A stretch of DNA of 63,993 nucleotides, counting the filler, from a bacterium (lineage in GTDB: Bacteria > JALSQH01), in the NCBI GenBank assembly GCA_027004335.1. It is 12 parts of 12 records of this genome, joined end to end, with 100 filler letters (N's around TTAATTAATTAA, not from the genome) between each part and the next. Parts side by side here need not be neighbours in the genome. Positions count along the whole stretch, not along the records: positions 18,590 to 23,232 come from JALTID010000051.1; positions 23,333 to 27,959 come from JALTID010000052.1; positions 28,060 to 32,642 come from JALTID010000053.1; 9 more parts are not named here. One strand, given 5' to 3'. A model generated the notes under the pieces. It saw nothing but the letters and a program-made list of their open reading frames with translations. It did not search any database and was not told the origin of the DNA. Below are positions 20,953 to 31,162 of the stretch, in pieces (the stretch's first letter is position 1; every line of letters starts with the position of its first letter). The position numbers and the translations under genes were made by a program.

Positions 20953-22050
20953 GTTTCGGGGGAGACCTTTTTTCACAAACTGGTATAGTAAAATTTTTAT
21001 AATATCCAACTGATGTTTGTATAATTCTCCATAATAATTATAGCGAGATACAGTTTTAGGGAATAGATCATTTTCTGTTATAAGTGTATTCCAGTATTCA
21101 GGGTGTTTTCCGTAGAGTCTCTGAGCGAGAACAAGGTTGAATCGTAATTTTTTACCAGTTTTTGAACTGTAGAAGGATTGGTAGTAGTGGGGAAAGATGT
21201 TAATCCCTTTTTTCAGTGCAAAAATAACTGCTCTCGCTGCTAAGATCCCCATTTCCATTGCAGGTGCGATCCCCTCCCCAAGCAGAGGATCCACTCCTAC
21301 TCTTTCCCCTGCGAGGATTATTCCCTGCGCCCAGAGAGGATTCCATGGTGAGTAGAGATGTTCCGCATAACCGTAGGGGAAGTCCTCCTCTTTTTTGAAT
21401 TTTCCTGAGAAGAGATAGATTCCACTGTTGACTCCCCCTGGTGAGGGAAATTCCCAGCGATACCCACACCGGTGTTTCCCATTTATTGAGAAATCAAAAA
21501 CTGGAATATCAGGTTTTTCTTTATCTTCTAATACCCCCATTTTAAGGGGGACAATTTTACCCTTAAGGGGAAGGATTTTTCTTGTAATTCCTCTTATCCC
21601 ATCAGCACCAATGATAATTTCTGCTGCGAAATTCCCGCATCCTGTTGCAATTTCCCATCTTCTACCATCATATTTTAGATCTTTCACTGGACAATTTTCC
21701 ATTATTTCTATACCATTTTCTCTCGTCTTAAGGGCTAACCATCTATCAAAATCACTTCTATCCACAAGTAACCCATCTTTATCCCCTGTATAGATCTGAG
21801 ATCTTTCAGCTGCAACGATTTTAACAGATTTGAATAGGATCCCTTTATCATAGGAGAGTCTGAACTTTTTAAGAATTTTCACTCCCTCAGGGGTAATTGC
21901 ACCACCACAGGGTTTAAAATGGGGATATTTTTCCTTTTCAAATATGAGAATTTCTCTTTTTAACTCAGGGGCAAATCTGGAAAAAGTAAGTCCTACCAGT
22001 AACCCTGCGGGGCCCCCACCGATTATTAAGGCCTTTAACTCCTTTTTCAT
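20947..22050 (-). CDS. geranylgeranyl reductase-family FAD-dependent oxidoreductase
   Basis: GGGPAG, KPCGGAI, DRSDFD, GADG, YRWEFP, DPLLGEGI. Confidence 0.8.
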   Translation of the reverse strand: MKKELKALIIGGGPAGLLVGLTFSRFAPELKREILIFEKEKYPHFKPCGGAITPEGVKILKKFRLSYDKGILFKSVKIVAAERSQIYTGDKDGLLVDRSDFDRWLALKTRENGIEIMENCPVKDLKYDGRRWEIATGCGNFAAEIIIGADGIRGITRKILPLKGKIVPLKMGVLEDKEKPDIPVFDFSINGKHRCGYRWEFPSPGGVNSGIYLFSGKFKKEEDFPYGYAEHLYSPWNPLWAQGIILAGERVGVDPLLGEGIAPAMEMGILAARAVIFALKKGINIFPHYYQSFYSSKTGKKLRFNLVLAQRLYGKHPEYWNTLITENDLFPKTVSRYNYYGELYKHQLDIIKILLYQFVKKGLPRNL

Positions 22051-23027
22051 TTATCATTGTAGATAAAATCAGGCTGTTTTACGGGAGTGCCATCAGACCA
22101 CTTACCCATAAATTTTGCATTCTCAGTATCTTTTAATACAAAATCGCATTCCTGATTGTAAAAAGAACAATTCATAAGAGCCACAGACCATTTCCAGAAT
22201 CCATACCAGTCAAAAGCATCTATTGTTTCATCTCCTGAGGCAAGAGGTGAAAAATGGCTGGCTGTGAGGGAATAATCTTTCCTATAATCTGTGTGAAGAG
22301 CTATTAATACTCTGTTTGCTTTTGGTATATTTTTAGCTGAGTAGAAAATCCTCTTTGCGGAGTAGCTTCCCACAACAAAGTCCTGATCCCCATACAGAGA
22401 AACTAACTTTGCTGCTGATGGGATCTTATCAAAGTCAATCGTTGGTACAAATCCCGCTGGTCCCGGTTCCACGGAGAAGACAAAAAGAGGGGTGGGTAAG
22501 CCGTAATCTTCTATATCTGTTGCCAGTTTTACTGCAAAATCTCCTCCAAGGGAATGACCAATCATACCAACTCCGCTGGTAATAATGGGCAGGCTGGATT
22601 TTTCTATGAGATGGTAACCTCTTACCACATCTGTGACAAGTTTTTGATACATCTTCTCCTGCGTTACCGCTAAGAATGTTTGATAATAAGGGTAGATTAC
22701 CACTGCCCCTTTTTTAACTATGTGATAGATCCAGTACTGGTAGTAGGTAGGGGAAATAGCAGAATAGCCATGTATAAATATTACAACGGGTACGGGGGAT
22801 GTAAGATTGTGGGGAAAGAAGATATCTACCCTCTCTGCTCCTTCTCCAGTGAAAGTCATATCCACACTGGAGTAGGAGTAGTTGCTTCCCCCTGGACCCT
22901 TTTCAGGCTGAGTAAGAGGGGGAAGGAGATTCTGTTCGCTCGTTTGTTGTGGAGTTTGTTTTTTGCCATGGGAGGCACAGGAGATTATGAATAGAAATAA
23001 GAATAGCACGGTAATTTTCTTAATCAT
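22047..23027 (-). CDS. lipoprotein alpha/beta hydrolase (chlorophyllase/cutinase-like esterase)
   Basis: Lipobox IISC; HGYSA; GHSLGG nucleophile elbow; GDQD; SHFSP. Confidence 0.8.
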   Translation of the reverse strand: MIKKITVLFLFLFIISCASHGKKQTPQQTSEQNLLPPLTQPEKGPGGSNYSYSSVDMTFTGEGAERVDIFFPHNLTSPVPVVIFIHGYSAISPTYYQYWIYHIVKKGAVVIYPYYQTFLAVTQEKMYQKLVTDVVRGYHLIEKSSLPIITSGVGMIGHSLGGDFAVKLATDIEDYGLPTPLFVFSVEPGPAGFVPTIDFDKIPSAAKLVSLYGDQDFVVGSYSAKRIFYSAKNIPKANRVLIALHTDYRKDYSLTASHFSPLASGDETIDAFDWYGFWKWSVALMNCSFYNQECDFVLKDTENAKFMGKWSDGTPVKQPDFIYNDK

Positions 23028-23062
23028 ATATTTAAATTATAAGAAATTCTGATTTGTGTCAA
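23028..23062 (-). promoter_or_regulatory. sigma70-type promoter TTGACA-N15-TATAAT, 8 nt upstream of the ATG (putative leaderless)
   Basis: Both hexamers match consensus; spacer is short; no SD. Confidence 0.5.
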
Positions 23063-23101
23063 AGAGATATGTGTTATTGGTATTTTGTCAAGCAATAAGA
23101 G

Positions 23102-23180
23102 GACCAAAAATATCTTCCTTAAAGTAACACATTAAATAGCAATTGAGTCAAAAACTTTTTATCAGAAGATATTTTTGGTC
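23102..23180. repeat. perfect 16-bp inverted repeat with 47-bp spacer
   Basis: GACCAAAAATATCTTC (23102-23117) / GAAGATATTTTTGGTC (23165-23180). Confidence 0.9.
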
Positions 23181-23332
23181 TTGATTTTTTGGAAAAATTC
23201 AGGGTTAGTTAAAGAATGAGATTGAATTTATTNNNNNNNNNNNNNNNNNNNNNNNNNNNNNNNNNNNNNNNNNNNNTTAATTAATTAANNNNNNNNNNNN
23301 NNNNNNNNNNNNNNNNNNNNNNNNNNNNNNNN

Positions 23333-24427
23333 GGATAGACTCAATCGCTTGTGGCCACTACACTTGGGACCAGGGAAGATGAACAGTTAATTGATTCCCT
23401 GGAAGGAGAAAGTTTTAAAAAATTTATGCTTCATTACAATTTTCCACCTTTTTGCGTTGGTGAAGTAAGACCCCTTAGGGCACCAGGAAGAAGAGAAATT
23501 GGTCATGGTGCACTTGCAGAAAGAGCGATCAAGCCTGCATTACCCTCCGAAGAAGAGTTCCCCTATACAATAAGAGTTGTCTCAGATATAATGGAGTCTA
23601 ATGGTTCTTCCTCTATGGCAACGGTTTGTGGAGCTTCTCTTTCACTTATGGATGCAGGAGTTCCTGTTAAATCAGATGTAGCTGGAATAGCTATGGGATT
23701 GTTCAAAGAAGATGATGAATTCATAATATTAAGTGATATCTTAGGTGACGAGGATCACCTGGGAGATATGGATTTTAAGGTTGCTGGAAATGATGAGGGT
23801 ATTTCTGCCATTCAGATGGATATAAAGATTAAAGGCATAGGAATGGATATCCTTGGAAAAGCTCTTCAGCAGGCAAGGGAGGGGAGGCTTTATATCCTTT
23901 CAAAAATGAGGGAAATTATCAGGGAACCCAGATCAGATATAAGTAAATTTGCACCCCGATATAAATCTATTAGTATCAGTCCTGAAAGAATAAAAGATCT
24001 AATAGGTCCCGGGGGAAAGACAATTAAAAAAATAATAAGTGAAACAGATGTATCCATTGATATTCAGGAAGATGGAAAGGTTCTTATTTATGCACCTTCC
24101 ATGGAAAGACTTGAAATAGCAATAAATAAAATAAGAAAAGTTACAAAAGAGATTGAGGTTGGAAAGATCTACGATGGTGTGGTGAAGAGGGTTGTTCCCT
24201 ATGGTGCCTTTGTTGAACTCTTTCCTGGAGTAGAGGGGCTTCTTCATATTTCTCAGTTAGAGGATAGAAAAGTTGAGAGAGTTGAGGATGTTGTAAAAGT
24301 TGGGGATAGAGTTCCGGTGAAGGTACTTGAATTAGACGATCTTGGGCGTCCAAGGTTAAGCAGAAAAGCGGCTATAAGAGAACTCAATTCTTATAAGCGT
24401 GACGATAGGGGAGATTCTGGGGATTGA
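23333..24427 (+). CDS. pnp: polyribonucleotide nucleotidyltransferase, 5'-truncated
   Basis: [34 protein letters not shown] and S1 domains. Confidence 0.97.
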
Positions 24428-24879
24428 GAGAGATTCCTGTGAAAGTTAGAATTCTCCGAAAAGAGGTTCTTAAAAAGGGATGGCTCCCTGATTACGCTAC
24501 TCCTCTCTCCAGTGGTATGGATGTTTATGCGGTGATTGAGGATGATATTTTGATCAGGCCGCATCAAATTACTGTTATCCCAACAGGGATTTCTGTTGCT
24601 GTTCCTGAAGGATATGAGATCCAGGTACGTCCCAGAAGTGGGCTGGCTTTAAAGTATGGAGTTTCTCTTCCTAACACTCCAGGTACAGTAGATGCTGATT
24701 ATAGAGGAGAAATTAAAGTTATTCTCATAAACCTGGGTGCGGAAGAATTTATTATACATCCTGGTGATAGAATAGCTCAGATCGTTTTAACCCCTGTATT
24801 CAAAATAAAATGGGAGATAGTTGATGATATCCCGGAAACGGGGAGAGGGAAAGGGGGATTTGGTCATACAGGTATTTGA
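24424..24879 (+). CDS. dut: dUTP diphosphatase
   Basis: [36 protein letters not shown]. Confidence 0.96.
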   Translation: MREIPVKVRILRKEVLKKGWLPDYATPLSSGMDVYAVIEDDILIRPHQITVIPTGISVAVPEGYEIQVRPRSGLALKYGVSLPNTPGTVDADYRGEIKVILINLGAEEFIIHPGDRIAQIVLTPVFKIKWEIVDDIPETGRGKGGFGHTGI

Positions 24880-24882
24880 TTC

Positions 24883-26013
24883 TTAGAAGTTTCTTCTTTT
24901 CTCATCCCATTTTGATAAGAATTCTTCTATAGATTTTAACACGGTTTCATCTTCTACAGGAATAGTTATATCATCTATCACCTTTCCAGTAGATTTAGGA
25001 AGAACATATTCTGGTTTCCCTTTTCTAACTTTTTTATCATATTTCACAGCATTGATAATTTTTTCGGGAACTATTTCTATTTTTTCTCCAATTTTCTCTA
25101 TTACTATCTGATAAATAGTCTTTGCAATGTGTTCAACTTCATCAGGGGGAATAAGTCCCAGAGTTCTTGATATGATTGTTTCAATTATCATCCCGTATGC
25201 AACTGCTACCCCGTGTTTTACTTTATAATCATTTGTTACCTCAATTGCGTGTCCAATGGTATGACCAAAATTTAGAATCTTCCTCAATCCTGATTCTTTT
25301 TCGTCCTGAACCACAACTTTTATTTTGTTCTTACAGCTTCTTGTTACCATTTCTTCAAGGATATCCTTCTTTTTTTCCGTTATTTTCGTTCTATTTTCCT
25401 CCACCCAGTGAAAGAATTCCTCGTCCATAATTAGCCCATATTTTAATACCTCTGCAAGACCAGAAAAATACTCTATATCTGGTAGCGTGCTCAGTGTTCC
25501 GATATCAGCAATAACTCCTGATGGTTGATAAAAGGTTCCAATGAGATTTTTCCCATAAACGGTATCAATTCCTGTTTTTCCTCCTATAGCGCTGTCTGTC
25601 ATTGCGATAATTGTGGTAGGAATTTGATAAAGTGGAATGCCTCTGTAATAAGTAGATGCAATGAATCCAGCTATATCTCCTACTACCCCTCCTCCAAGTG
25701 CAAGGATGATTGAATCCCTGGCGTAACCTCCTATTAACATTTCATCTTCAAGATACTCTTTGATCTGCCTGTTCTTACTTTTTTCTCCTGCAGGAAAAGA
25801 AAATATCATGTTCCTTGGATTAAGTTTTATTATTGTTTCTAACAAGTTTTCACCGTAAAGTTTTTCTACTATGGAGTCTGTAATTATAGCAACTCTTACT
25901 CCATTTTTGATTTCGGGTATAAATTCAGGCAGCTTACTAAGCAGGTTCTCACCTATAATTATTTTGTATCTGATCCTTGATGGTTGTGGTATTTCAACAT
26001 TGATTTTTTCCAT
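24883..26013 (-). CDS. aroB: 3-dehydroquinate synthase
   Basis: GEKSK, GGGVVGD, PTT, DSAIGGKTG, KNLIG, LNFGHTIGHA, HGVAV. Confidence 0.95.
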   Translation of the reverse strand: MEKINVEIPQPSRIRYKIIIGENLLSKLPEFIPEIKNGVRVAIITDSIVEKLYGENLLETIIKLNPRNMIFSFPAGEKSKNRQIKEYLEDEMLIGGYARDSIILALGGGVVGDIAGFIASTYYRGIPLYQIPTTIIAMTDSAIGGKTGIDTVYGKNLIGTFYQPSGVIADIGTLSTLPDIEYFSGLAEVLKYGLIMDEEFFHWVEENRTKITEKKKDILEEMVTRSCKNKIKVVVQDEKESGLRKILNFGHTIGHAIEVTNDYKVKHGVAVAYGMIIETIISRTLGLIPPDEVEHIAKTIYQIVIEKIGEKIEIVPEKIINAVKYDKKVRKGKPEYVLPKSTGKVIDDITIPVEDETVLKSIEEFLSKWDEKRRNF

Positions 26014-26014
26014 T

Positions 26015-26914
26015 TTATAATCCTTTTATAATTCCCTTACTTTTAAGGTTTCTAACATTATTCTGCCATGCAAGTTTAAGCCCGGAAATGCCTGGTGAAA
26101 ATGAATTATTAAAATAAGAATGGAAAAAAAGGATGTTGATAAGTTCTTCTTCTTTTTCAAAAGAGTATCTGATTGTCTTTTTTTCTCTTTGACAATCATA
26201 CATTTTCAAGCACCAAGCTCTGTATGAGTCTTTCATTTGAATTAACACCTCTCCCGGTGTCTTTACTCCTTCGGGGATCAAGGCCTTTTCGGTATCAACC
26301 TCTCCTATTTTTTCTCTATATTCTTCCCAGACACCCATCACATATCTTTTAGCTGCAACATTTCCCCTGTACTTACCGGGTTCCTTTGAAACTGTGAGAA
26401 TTTTTACCCAGGGGAACTTCTCTTTTGCTTTTTTAGTGACTTCTTCTGTTCCACTAACAAAAAGGAGTTTGGATTGTTTTAGATGAAGGATCAGGGCAAA
26501 GTATTCCAGTTCACCCCAGGTTTCTCCATTTACAAGAATTTTTTTGAACTTTGGTTTGAACAGATAAGGTGCAAACCCCTTCTCTCCCGGTCCTGGATGA
26601 AAGCCTACAAAGAAAGCCCCTTCAATTTTGGGAAATTTTTTAAAAAAAGGCAGTTCTCCATAGTGAATCCCATTGATGAAAATCAGACTTCTTCCGGTGG
26701 GTTCTTTAGGAAAATTATAACTCTCCTCGTGGATATCTAAAAGATATATCAGAGGGTACTCAAACCTGTACTCAATGGCATCAATTACAGCATTTATATC
26801 ATCAAGGTAATCATATCTCGCCTCTTTCCAGGAATTTGTTCCCTGAAAAGTCTGGATTCTTCTCCATATATTTGTACCACCATCCATGTCAGCAATTATC
26901 AGATAGACCTCCAT
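26015..26914 (-). CDS. divergent M55 (DppA D-aminopeptidase)-like metallohydrolase
   Basis: ADMDG, DIH, FVGFH, NG..WGELE and VSG resemble DppA motifs DMEG/DSH/VGYH/GEL/VAG. Confidence 0.65.
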   Translation of the reverse strand: MEVYLIIADMDGGTNIWRRIQTFQGTNSWKEARYDYLDDINAVIDAIEYRFEYPLIYLLDIHEESYNFPKEPTGRSLIFINGIHYGELPFFKKFPKIEGAFFVGFHPGPGEKGFAPYLFKPKFKKILVNGETWGELEYFALILHLKQSKLLFVSGTEEVTKKAKEKFPWVKILTVSKEPGKYRGNVAAKRYVMGVWEEYREKIGEVDTEKALIPEGVKTPGEVLIQMKDSYRAWCLKMYDCQREKKTIRYSFEKEEELINILFFHSYFNNSFSPGISGLKLAWQNNVRNLKSKGIIKGL

Positions 26915-26916
26915 TA

Positions 26917-27831
26917 CTATACCACTTCGTAAATGTTTTTATTGTTTTTTATTCTTTTAAACTTTTCCCAATCAATGTAAAAGTGGTTCATAGAAGCTGT
27001 TTTTAGAACTGTGTCCTTGAACCATGGGAATTCGTAATATTTTTTCAATTTTTCAGAAACCGGCGCAATTAACTCTTCACGAAACCATTTAAAAATTTTT
27101 CCTGACTCCCTGTGGATGAGGCAATCAAAAAAAATGGCGTATGATTTATCAGATAGGGAGTGTGGATCTGCATTGAGGTCCCTTATCATTGCTTCAAAGA
27201 TACCTTCAGTGACCGGATCATAAAACATAAATGGTTTCCAGTAGAGCTGAGCATTATGGAAAAATTCGGGGAAATTCAAAATTCCATCTTTTTCCAGATT
27301 TATTGCCATTGTATAAAGCATTTCAATAACCTTCTCTCCTACTCCAAGTCCCGGGTATCGCTGTCCGGGTAGTTTTGGCTTTTCTCTGGTAAAGGTAGCC
27401 CTGGGGTTTTGCATGGAAAGCCACTCAATTATTATCACTTCGTAGCGGCAGTCTTTGAATTTCCCTGGAATTTGGGAATCTTTTTTAGGCTTTATTATTC
27501 CTTCTCTTGCAATAAAATGTGACAGGAGTGATTCTGGTGTTTCTTCTTCGTCGTAGATTAAAACTTCCTGGTGAAAAGGATCTTCAATTTTTAATTTTAC
27601 CTTTATATTTTGAAAACCTTTTTCTTCAAGCTCTTGTATGATTCCGAATCTTTTGAGGGCATTGGATATCTCGTTTTCTGAATAAATTCCAAGAAACAGC
27701 ACATGTCTTTTTTCCATAATATCTTCGTCAACAAGCCCTTCAAGATTTAATGCTGAATTACTTGAATCGTAAAATTCAAAACTTTTTAGGCCTTTTTTTA
27801 AGAGCTCAAATTTATCATGGAAATCTGGCAT
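26917..27831 (-). CDS. conserved hypothetical protein, GNAT-like
   Basis: IEWLSMQNP..LPGQRYPGLGVG and HNAQLY resemble GNAT acyl-CoA-binding motifs. Confidence 0.55.
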   Translation of the reverse strand: MPDFHDKFELLKKGLKSFEFYDSSNSALNLEGLVDEDIMEKRHVLFLGIYSENEISNALKRFGIIQELEEKGFQNIKVKLKIEDPFHQEVLIYDEEETPESLLSHFIAREGIIKPKKDSQIPGKFKDCRYEVIIIEWLSMQNPRATFTREKPKLPGQRYPGLGVGEKVIEMLYTMAINLEKDGILNFPEFFHNAQLYWKPFMFYDPVTEGIFEAMIRDLNADPHSLSDKSYAIFFDCLIHRESGKIFKWFREELIAPVSEKLKKYYEFPWFKDTVLKTASMNHFYIDWEKFKRIKNNKNIYEVV

Positions 27832-27834
27832 TCT

Positions 27835-27959
27835 TTATTCTGATTCAGCCCTTGGAGGCTGACCCGTTTTGTTAAGAAGCACCTGATATTTTCTGTACTT
27901 TCTCTGGGCTCTCCTCAGTCTCTTTTTCAACAGCCTGAATTGAGGGGTATTTTTAGCAT
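27835..27959 (-). CDS. C-terminal fragment of a basic protein
   Basis: Open frame AKNTPQFRLLKKRLRRAQRKY..AESE* from the contig edge to TAA at 27835. Confidence 0.45.
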
Positions 27960-28059
27960 NNNNNNNNNNNNNNNNNNNNNNNNNNNNNNNNNNNNNNNNN
28001 NNNTTAATTAATTAANNNNNNNNNNNNNNNNNNNNNNNNNNNNNNNNNNNNNNNNNNNN

Positions 28060-28206
28060 TTCCTGAAGCTGAATAGTAGAACCTGAATGCCCCTCAATGT
28101 AAACACCAGGAGCACAGGTTTCTCCTTTTCTCTCTTTGTTTCCTCCACATGAAGTAATAAAAAGTAACAAGATGACAACAAGACTTACAAATTTCTTACT
28201 CTGCAC
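28060..28206 (-). CDS. lipoprotein N-terminus, truncated by contig end
   Basis: KKFVSLVVILLLFITSC lipobox; GTG at 28206 after GGAGA (alternative ATG at 28221). Confidence 0.7.
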
Positions 28207-28227
28207 AATTCTTCTCCACATGGTTAG

Positions 28228-28243
28228 TGCAACTTTTATACCA
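28228..28243 (-). promoter_or_regulatory. sigma54-type -24/-12 promoter
   Basis: TGGTATAAAAGTTGCA = GG-N10-GC. Confidence 0.65.
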
Positions 28244-28302
28244 TACTATTAAAGCCTCTTGTGCTACAATCAATATTATAGTTAATTAGCAGAGGTGTCA
28301 AG

Positions 28303-29585
28303 CTAATGGCGCTGATTGCATGAAGAGAGGATTTCCGAATTTACTGAAAATTCAGTACCCTGTGAGCTTAGTACTGTTTTCACTCCTCTGTTTCCTGTTT
28401 CAGGTACTGCAAAAATGGAGAAGGAAAATTTATATTTTTTAGGTTTTAACTTGAGAACCTTCCCAATGTAATAGCCAAATTCATAGGTTCCAGGAAATCT
28501 TTCAAGAGANNNNNNNNNNCGAAGTAGAGATTTTTTGTAACAGGTAAATCTTTTGTCCAGCTTGCAAGAAAGAAGAAGTTCCCACTTTTTCCTGTTACTT
28601 CAGACCATCTGAGTGGTTCCACTTTTGTATCTTTTTCATTTTTTTCCATTTTTCCATCAAAGATAAAAGGTTTTTTACATCCGTTACAGTAGTACTTTGA
28701 TCCGAGGATTTCTGGAGAAAATGAGATGCTCTGAATATAGTGAGCTTCTTTTGCCACATAGGATAATCTGAACGGTATGGTGAGGTAAGATGGAGTTTCA
28801 AGATAGTATCTGGTGTAGAAATTATCTACTAATACGGCGGGACTTTTAAGTCCCAGGAAAACTTTTAATCGGGAAACTGTTTTTCTGATTATTCTTATTT
28901 TACCTTTTTTGACGCCAATTAATTTAAAAATGAGATCATCTTCAGTTCTATTGAGTTGAATTCCAAAAAATGTTCTAATATGGAAACGGAGTTTCATCTT
29001 ATCAATGATATTCTTATCATTTCCCAGTGCAAAAGGTGTTGCTTTTAATGAATTAAAAAAGATACTTCCCTCTGGATAGATTACTTGATAATATGATGTT
29101 GAAATAGTTTCAAGTCTGTTTTCCTGAGCGTAGTTTACATAACTCTTTGTTACGAATCCTGTTACTGGATAGATGAAATAGACCCATCCTTTCTGTCCTG
29201 CATCATTTTTTACTTCTATCCCTGTAATACATTTTTCTGCAAATTTTCTCTTTATCAGCGCGTCATTTTTATCACCTGTATCTTCTTCCTGAAAAACTAT
29301 TTCATCTTGTTTACTGATAACCTTTACTTTTTTAAGAGAATAGGTTCCATCTTTGTTTTTTCTGTCAACCTGAAAGGGAATAATCTGGATTGAGAAATTC
29401 TTTATTGCGAAAAGTCCCGTCTTTTTAGTTTCTTTGTTTAGAAGTGAAGGTACTTCCTTTGCATGAATAGTTATTATTCCAAATGTTGATGGAAGAGTTT
29501 TCTTCTCTCCATCTCCTTTTGCAGGAGTGGCGGGGAAGATTCCAATGAATAAGGCGAGGATAAAGATTTTTCCCCATTTCTTCAT
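28303..29585 (-). CDS. secreted hypothetical protein; frame offset by the N-gap at 28510-28519
   Basis: Signal peptide; after the gap an open frame SLERFPGTYEFG..CNQRH* runs to TAG at 28303. Confidence 0.7.
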
Positions 29586-30022
29586 TTCAAAAATCTTACA
29601 GGTATTTTTATTCCCAATTTAGCTATTGTGGCTATTGCCCTGGGTCCACCTAACTTCATCATGGCAATATATCCCATTCTCCATCCGTTTACGATGCTTG
29701 TAAGTAGTTTCATTTTTACAGGTTTCTCATTGCTCAGCAAGCATTCAAGCAGCCTGTTTACATACTCCTGTGGGTTATTTGTGGGTGGGTTAAAAAGATA
29801 ATCCACAGCAGCTTTGCTAAACCAGAAATATATCTCAGCTTTTTTTGGTTTTCCCTCCTTGAGGACTGATCTTCCCCTGTGTTTAACCAGTGTATAGGTT
29901 TCTGGATCCCCTTCAAATTCAACTATCGCAGTTGCACCTTCTTTAAGTGGCCTGGCAAATTGGTGCCCTATTTCACTTGTTTCATAAAATTCCTTCATTA
30001 TTTCATATTCTTTTGAAGCCAT
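29582..30022 (-). CDS. small hypothetical protein, possibly SCP2 (lipid-carrier) fold
   Basis: 146 aa; IVEFEG..YTLVK..SVLKEG.P..EIYF strand pattern is SCP2-like; ATGA overlap with the next gene. Confidence 0.5.
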   Translation of the reverse strand: MASKEYEIMKEFYETSEIGHQFARPLKEGATAIVEFEGDPETYTLVKHRGRSVLKEGKPKKAEIYFWFSKAAVDYLFNPPTNNPQEYVNRLLECLLSNEKPVKMKLLTSIVNGWRMGYIAMMKLGGPRAIATIAKLGIKIPVRFLK

Positions 30023-30034
30023 ACGGTACCCCCT

Positions 30035-31162
30035 TTATTTGATAAGGTTTAATAAAAATAGTGGCAGGTCAATGGTGGTGTATGAATCATCTTTCAGAGC
30101 TTGATTACATCCTGGGCAGGCAGTTACTAAAATCTCATTTCCTGAATTTATTATTTCGTTTTTTCTTTCCGAGGTAGTAAACTCATAGAGTTTTTTATCT
30201 GAGTATGGTGTTATGAAGGGGTTGCCACAGCAGTAACTCTCTTTACCGTGCCTTGGGAGTTCTTTTAATTTGTCTTTTCCAGTGTAACTGAATAATTCTC
30301 TGAATATGTCACTTTCATCAGTATAATGTGAAATCCTGCATGGATCATGAAAGGTGAATTTGTCTCTGAATTTTTTAAATTTTATTTTGTTATCTTCAAT
30401 AAGCATTTTCACATAATCTGCAAAAAGATAAATTTCGGGGAAATCCTCAGGAAGATCATAACTAAAGAGAAAAGTGGAATATCCGTGAGGACAGTGGATA
30501 ACAACTTCTTCTGCCCCTGTTTCCTTTATTGTTTTGATCACCTTATGGGCCTGGGTTTTAAAGGTCTTATAATCTCCCGTCTCAAGTACAGGACTTCCGC
30601 AGCATGGTTCATCTTTGAGAATTATAACATCAACTCCTGCTTTAAGAAGAATTTTTAGAACCGCCTTTGCTGATTCATAGGCATCCCTGTTTGTCCTTGC
30701 CTGACATCCTGTGAAGAAAAGGGTGGATCCCTTTTCCCCCGGGTAGATTTTCACTCCCTCTGGAGGAATAAATTTTTTCTTTTTACCGTAAGGGTTATCT
30801 TTCTTTTTTAGATTTTCAGACAATTTCTTAAGGCTTGCAGGAGTATAACCTTTGTTAAAAACAATCTCTCTGAGGTCAAGAATGAGGTCGTATAGATCAA
30901 TTGTGACAGGGCAGAGTGAATAGCAAGCTCCACAGAATGTGCAGGAATAAACGGGATCAGCTATATCTTCCCACTTTTTTATTCTTTCTTCAATAGCAGC
31001 CAGAGCAAGATGCGCTTTACCTCCTCCAGAGTAAGTAAACATCTCATAGAGATCTACAGAGGGGCAAACGCTTTCATCTCCCTCTGGCCCATGCACACAG
31101 GTTTTACATCTGTTACATGAATTTATGTACCATTCATAATTATCCTGATGCCTCAATTTCAT
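30035..31162 (-). CDS. GlpC/HdrD-like Fe-S protein (two ferredoxin motifs + two CCG domains)
   Basis: CNRCKTC..CP, CTFCGACYSLCP, FTGC, CCGSP, HDPC, CCGN, TACPGC; ATG at 31162 with GGAGG. Confidence 0.9.
   Translation of the reverse strand: MKLRHQDNYEWYINSCNRCKTCVHGPEGDESVCPSVDLYEMFTYSGGGKAHLALAAIEERIKKWEDIADPVYSCTFCGACYSLCPVTIDLYDLILDLREIVFNKGYTPASLKKLSENLKKKDNPYGKKKKFIPPEGVKIYPGEKGSTLFFTGCQARTNRDAYESAKAVLKILLKAGVDVIILKDEPCCGSPVLETGDYKTFKTQAHKVIKTIKETGAEEVVIHCPHGYSTFLFSYDLPEDFPEIYLFADYVKMLIEDNKIKFKKFRDKFTFHDPCRISHYTDESDIFRELFSYTGKDKLKELPRHGKESYCCGNPFITPYSDKKLYEFTTSERKNEIINSGNEILVTACPGCNQALKDDSYTTIDLPLFLLNLIK

Noticed and set aside
23333..23350. In-frame TAG in pnp where G(E/Q)TQ is expected, suggesting amber recoding
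   Set aside because: It lies 4 nt from a contig end, so probably a base error; TAG terminates cysS, queD, uvrB and others normally
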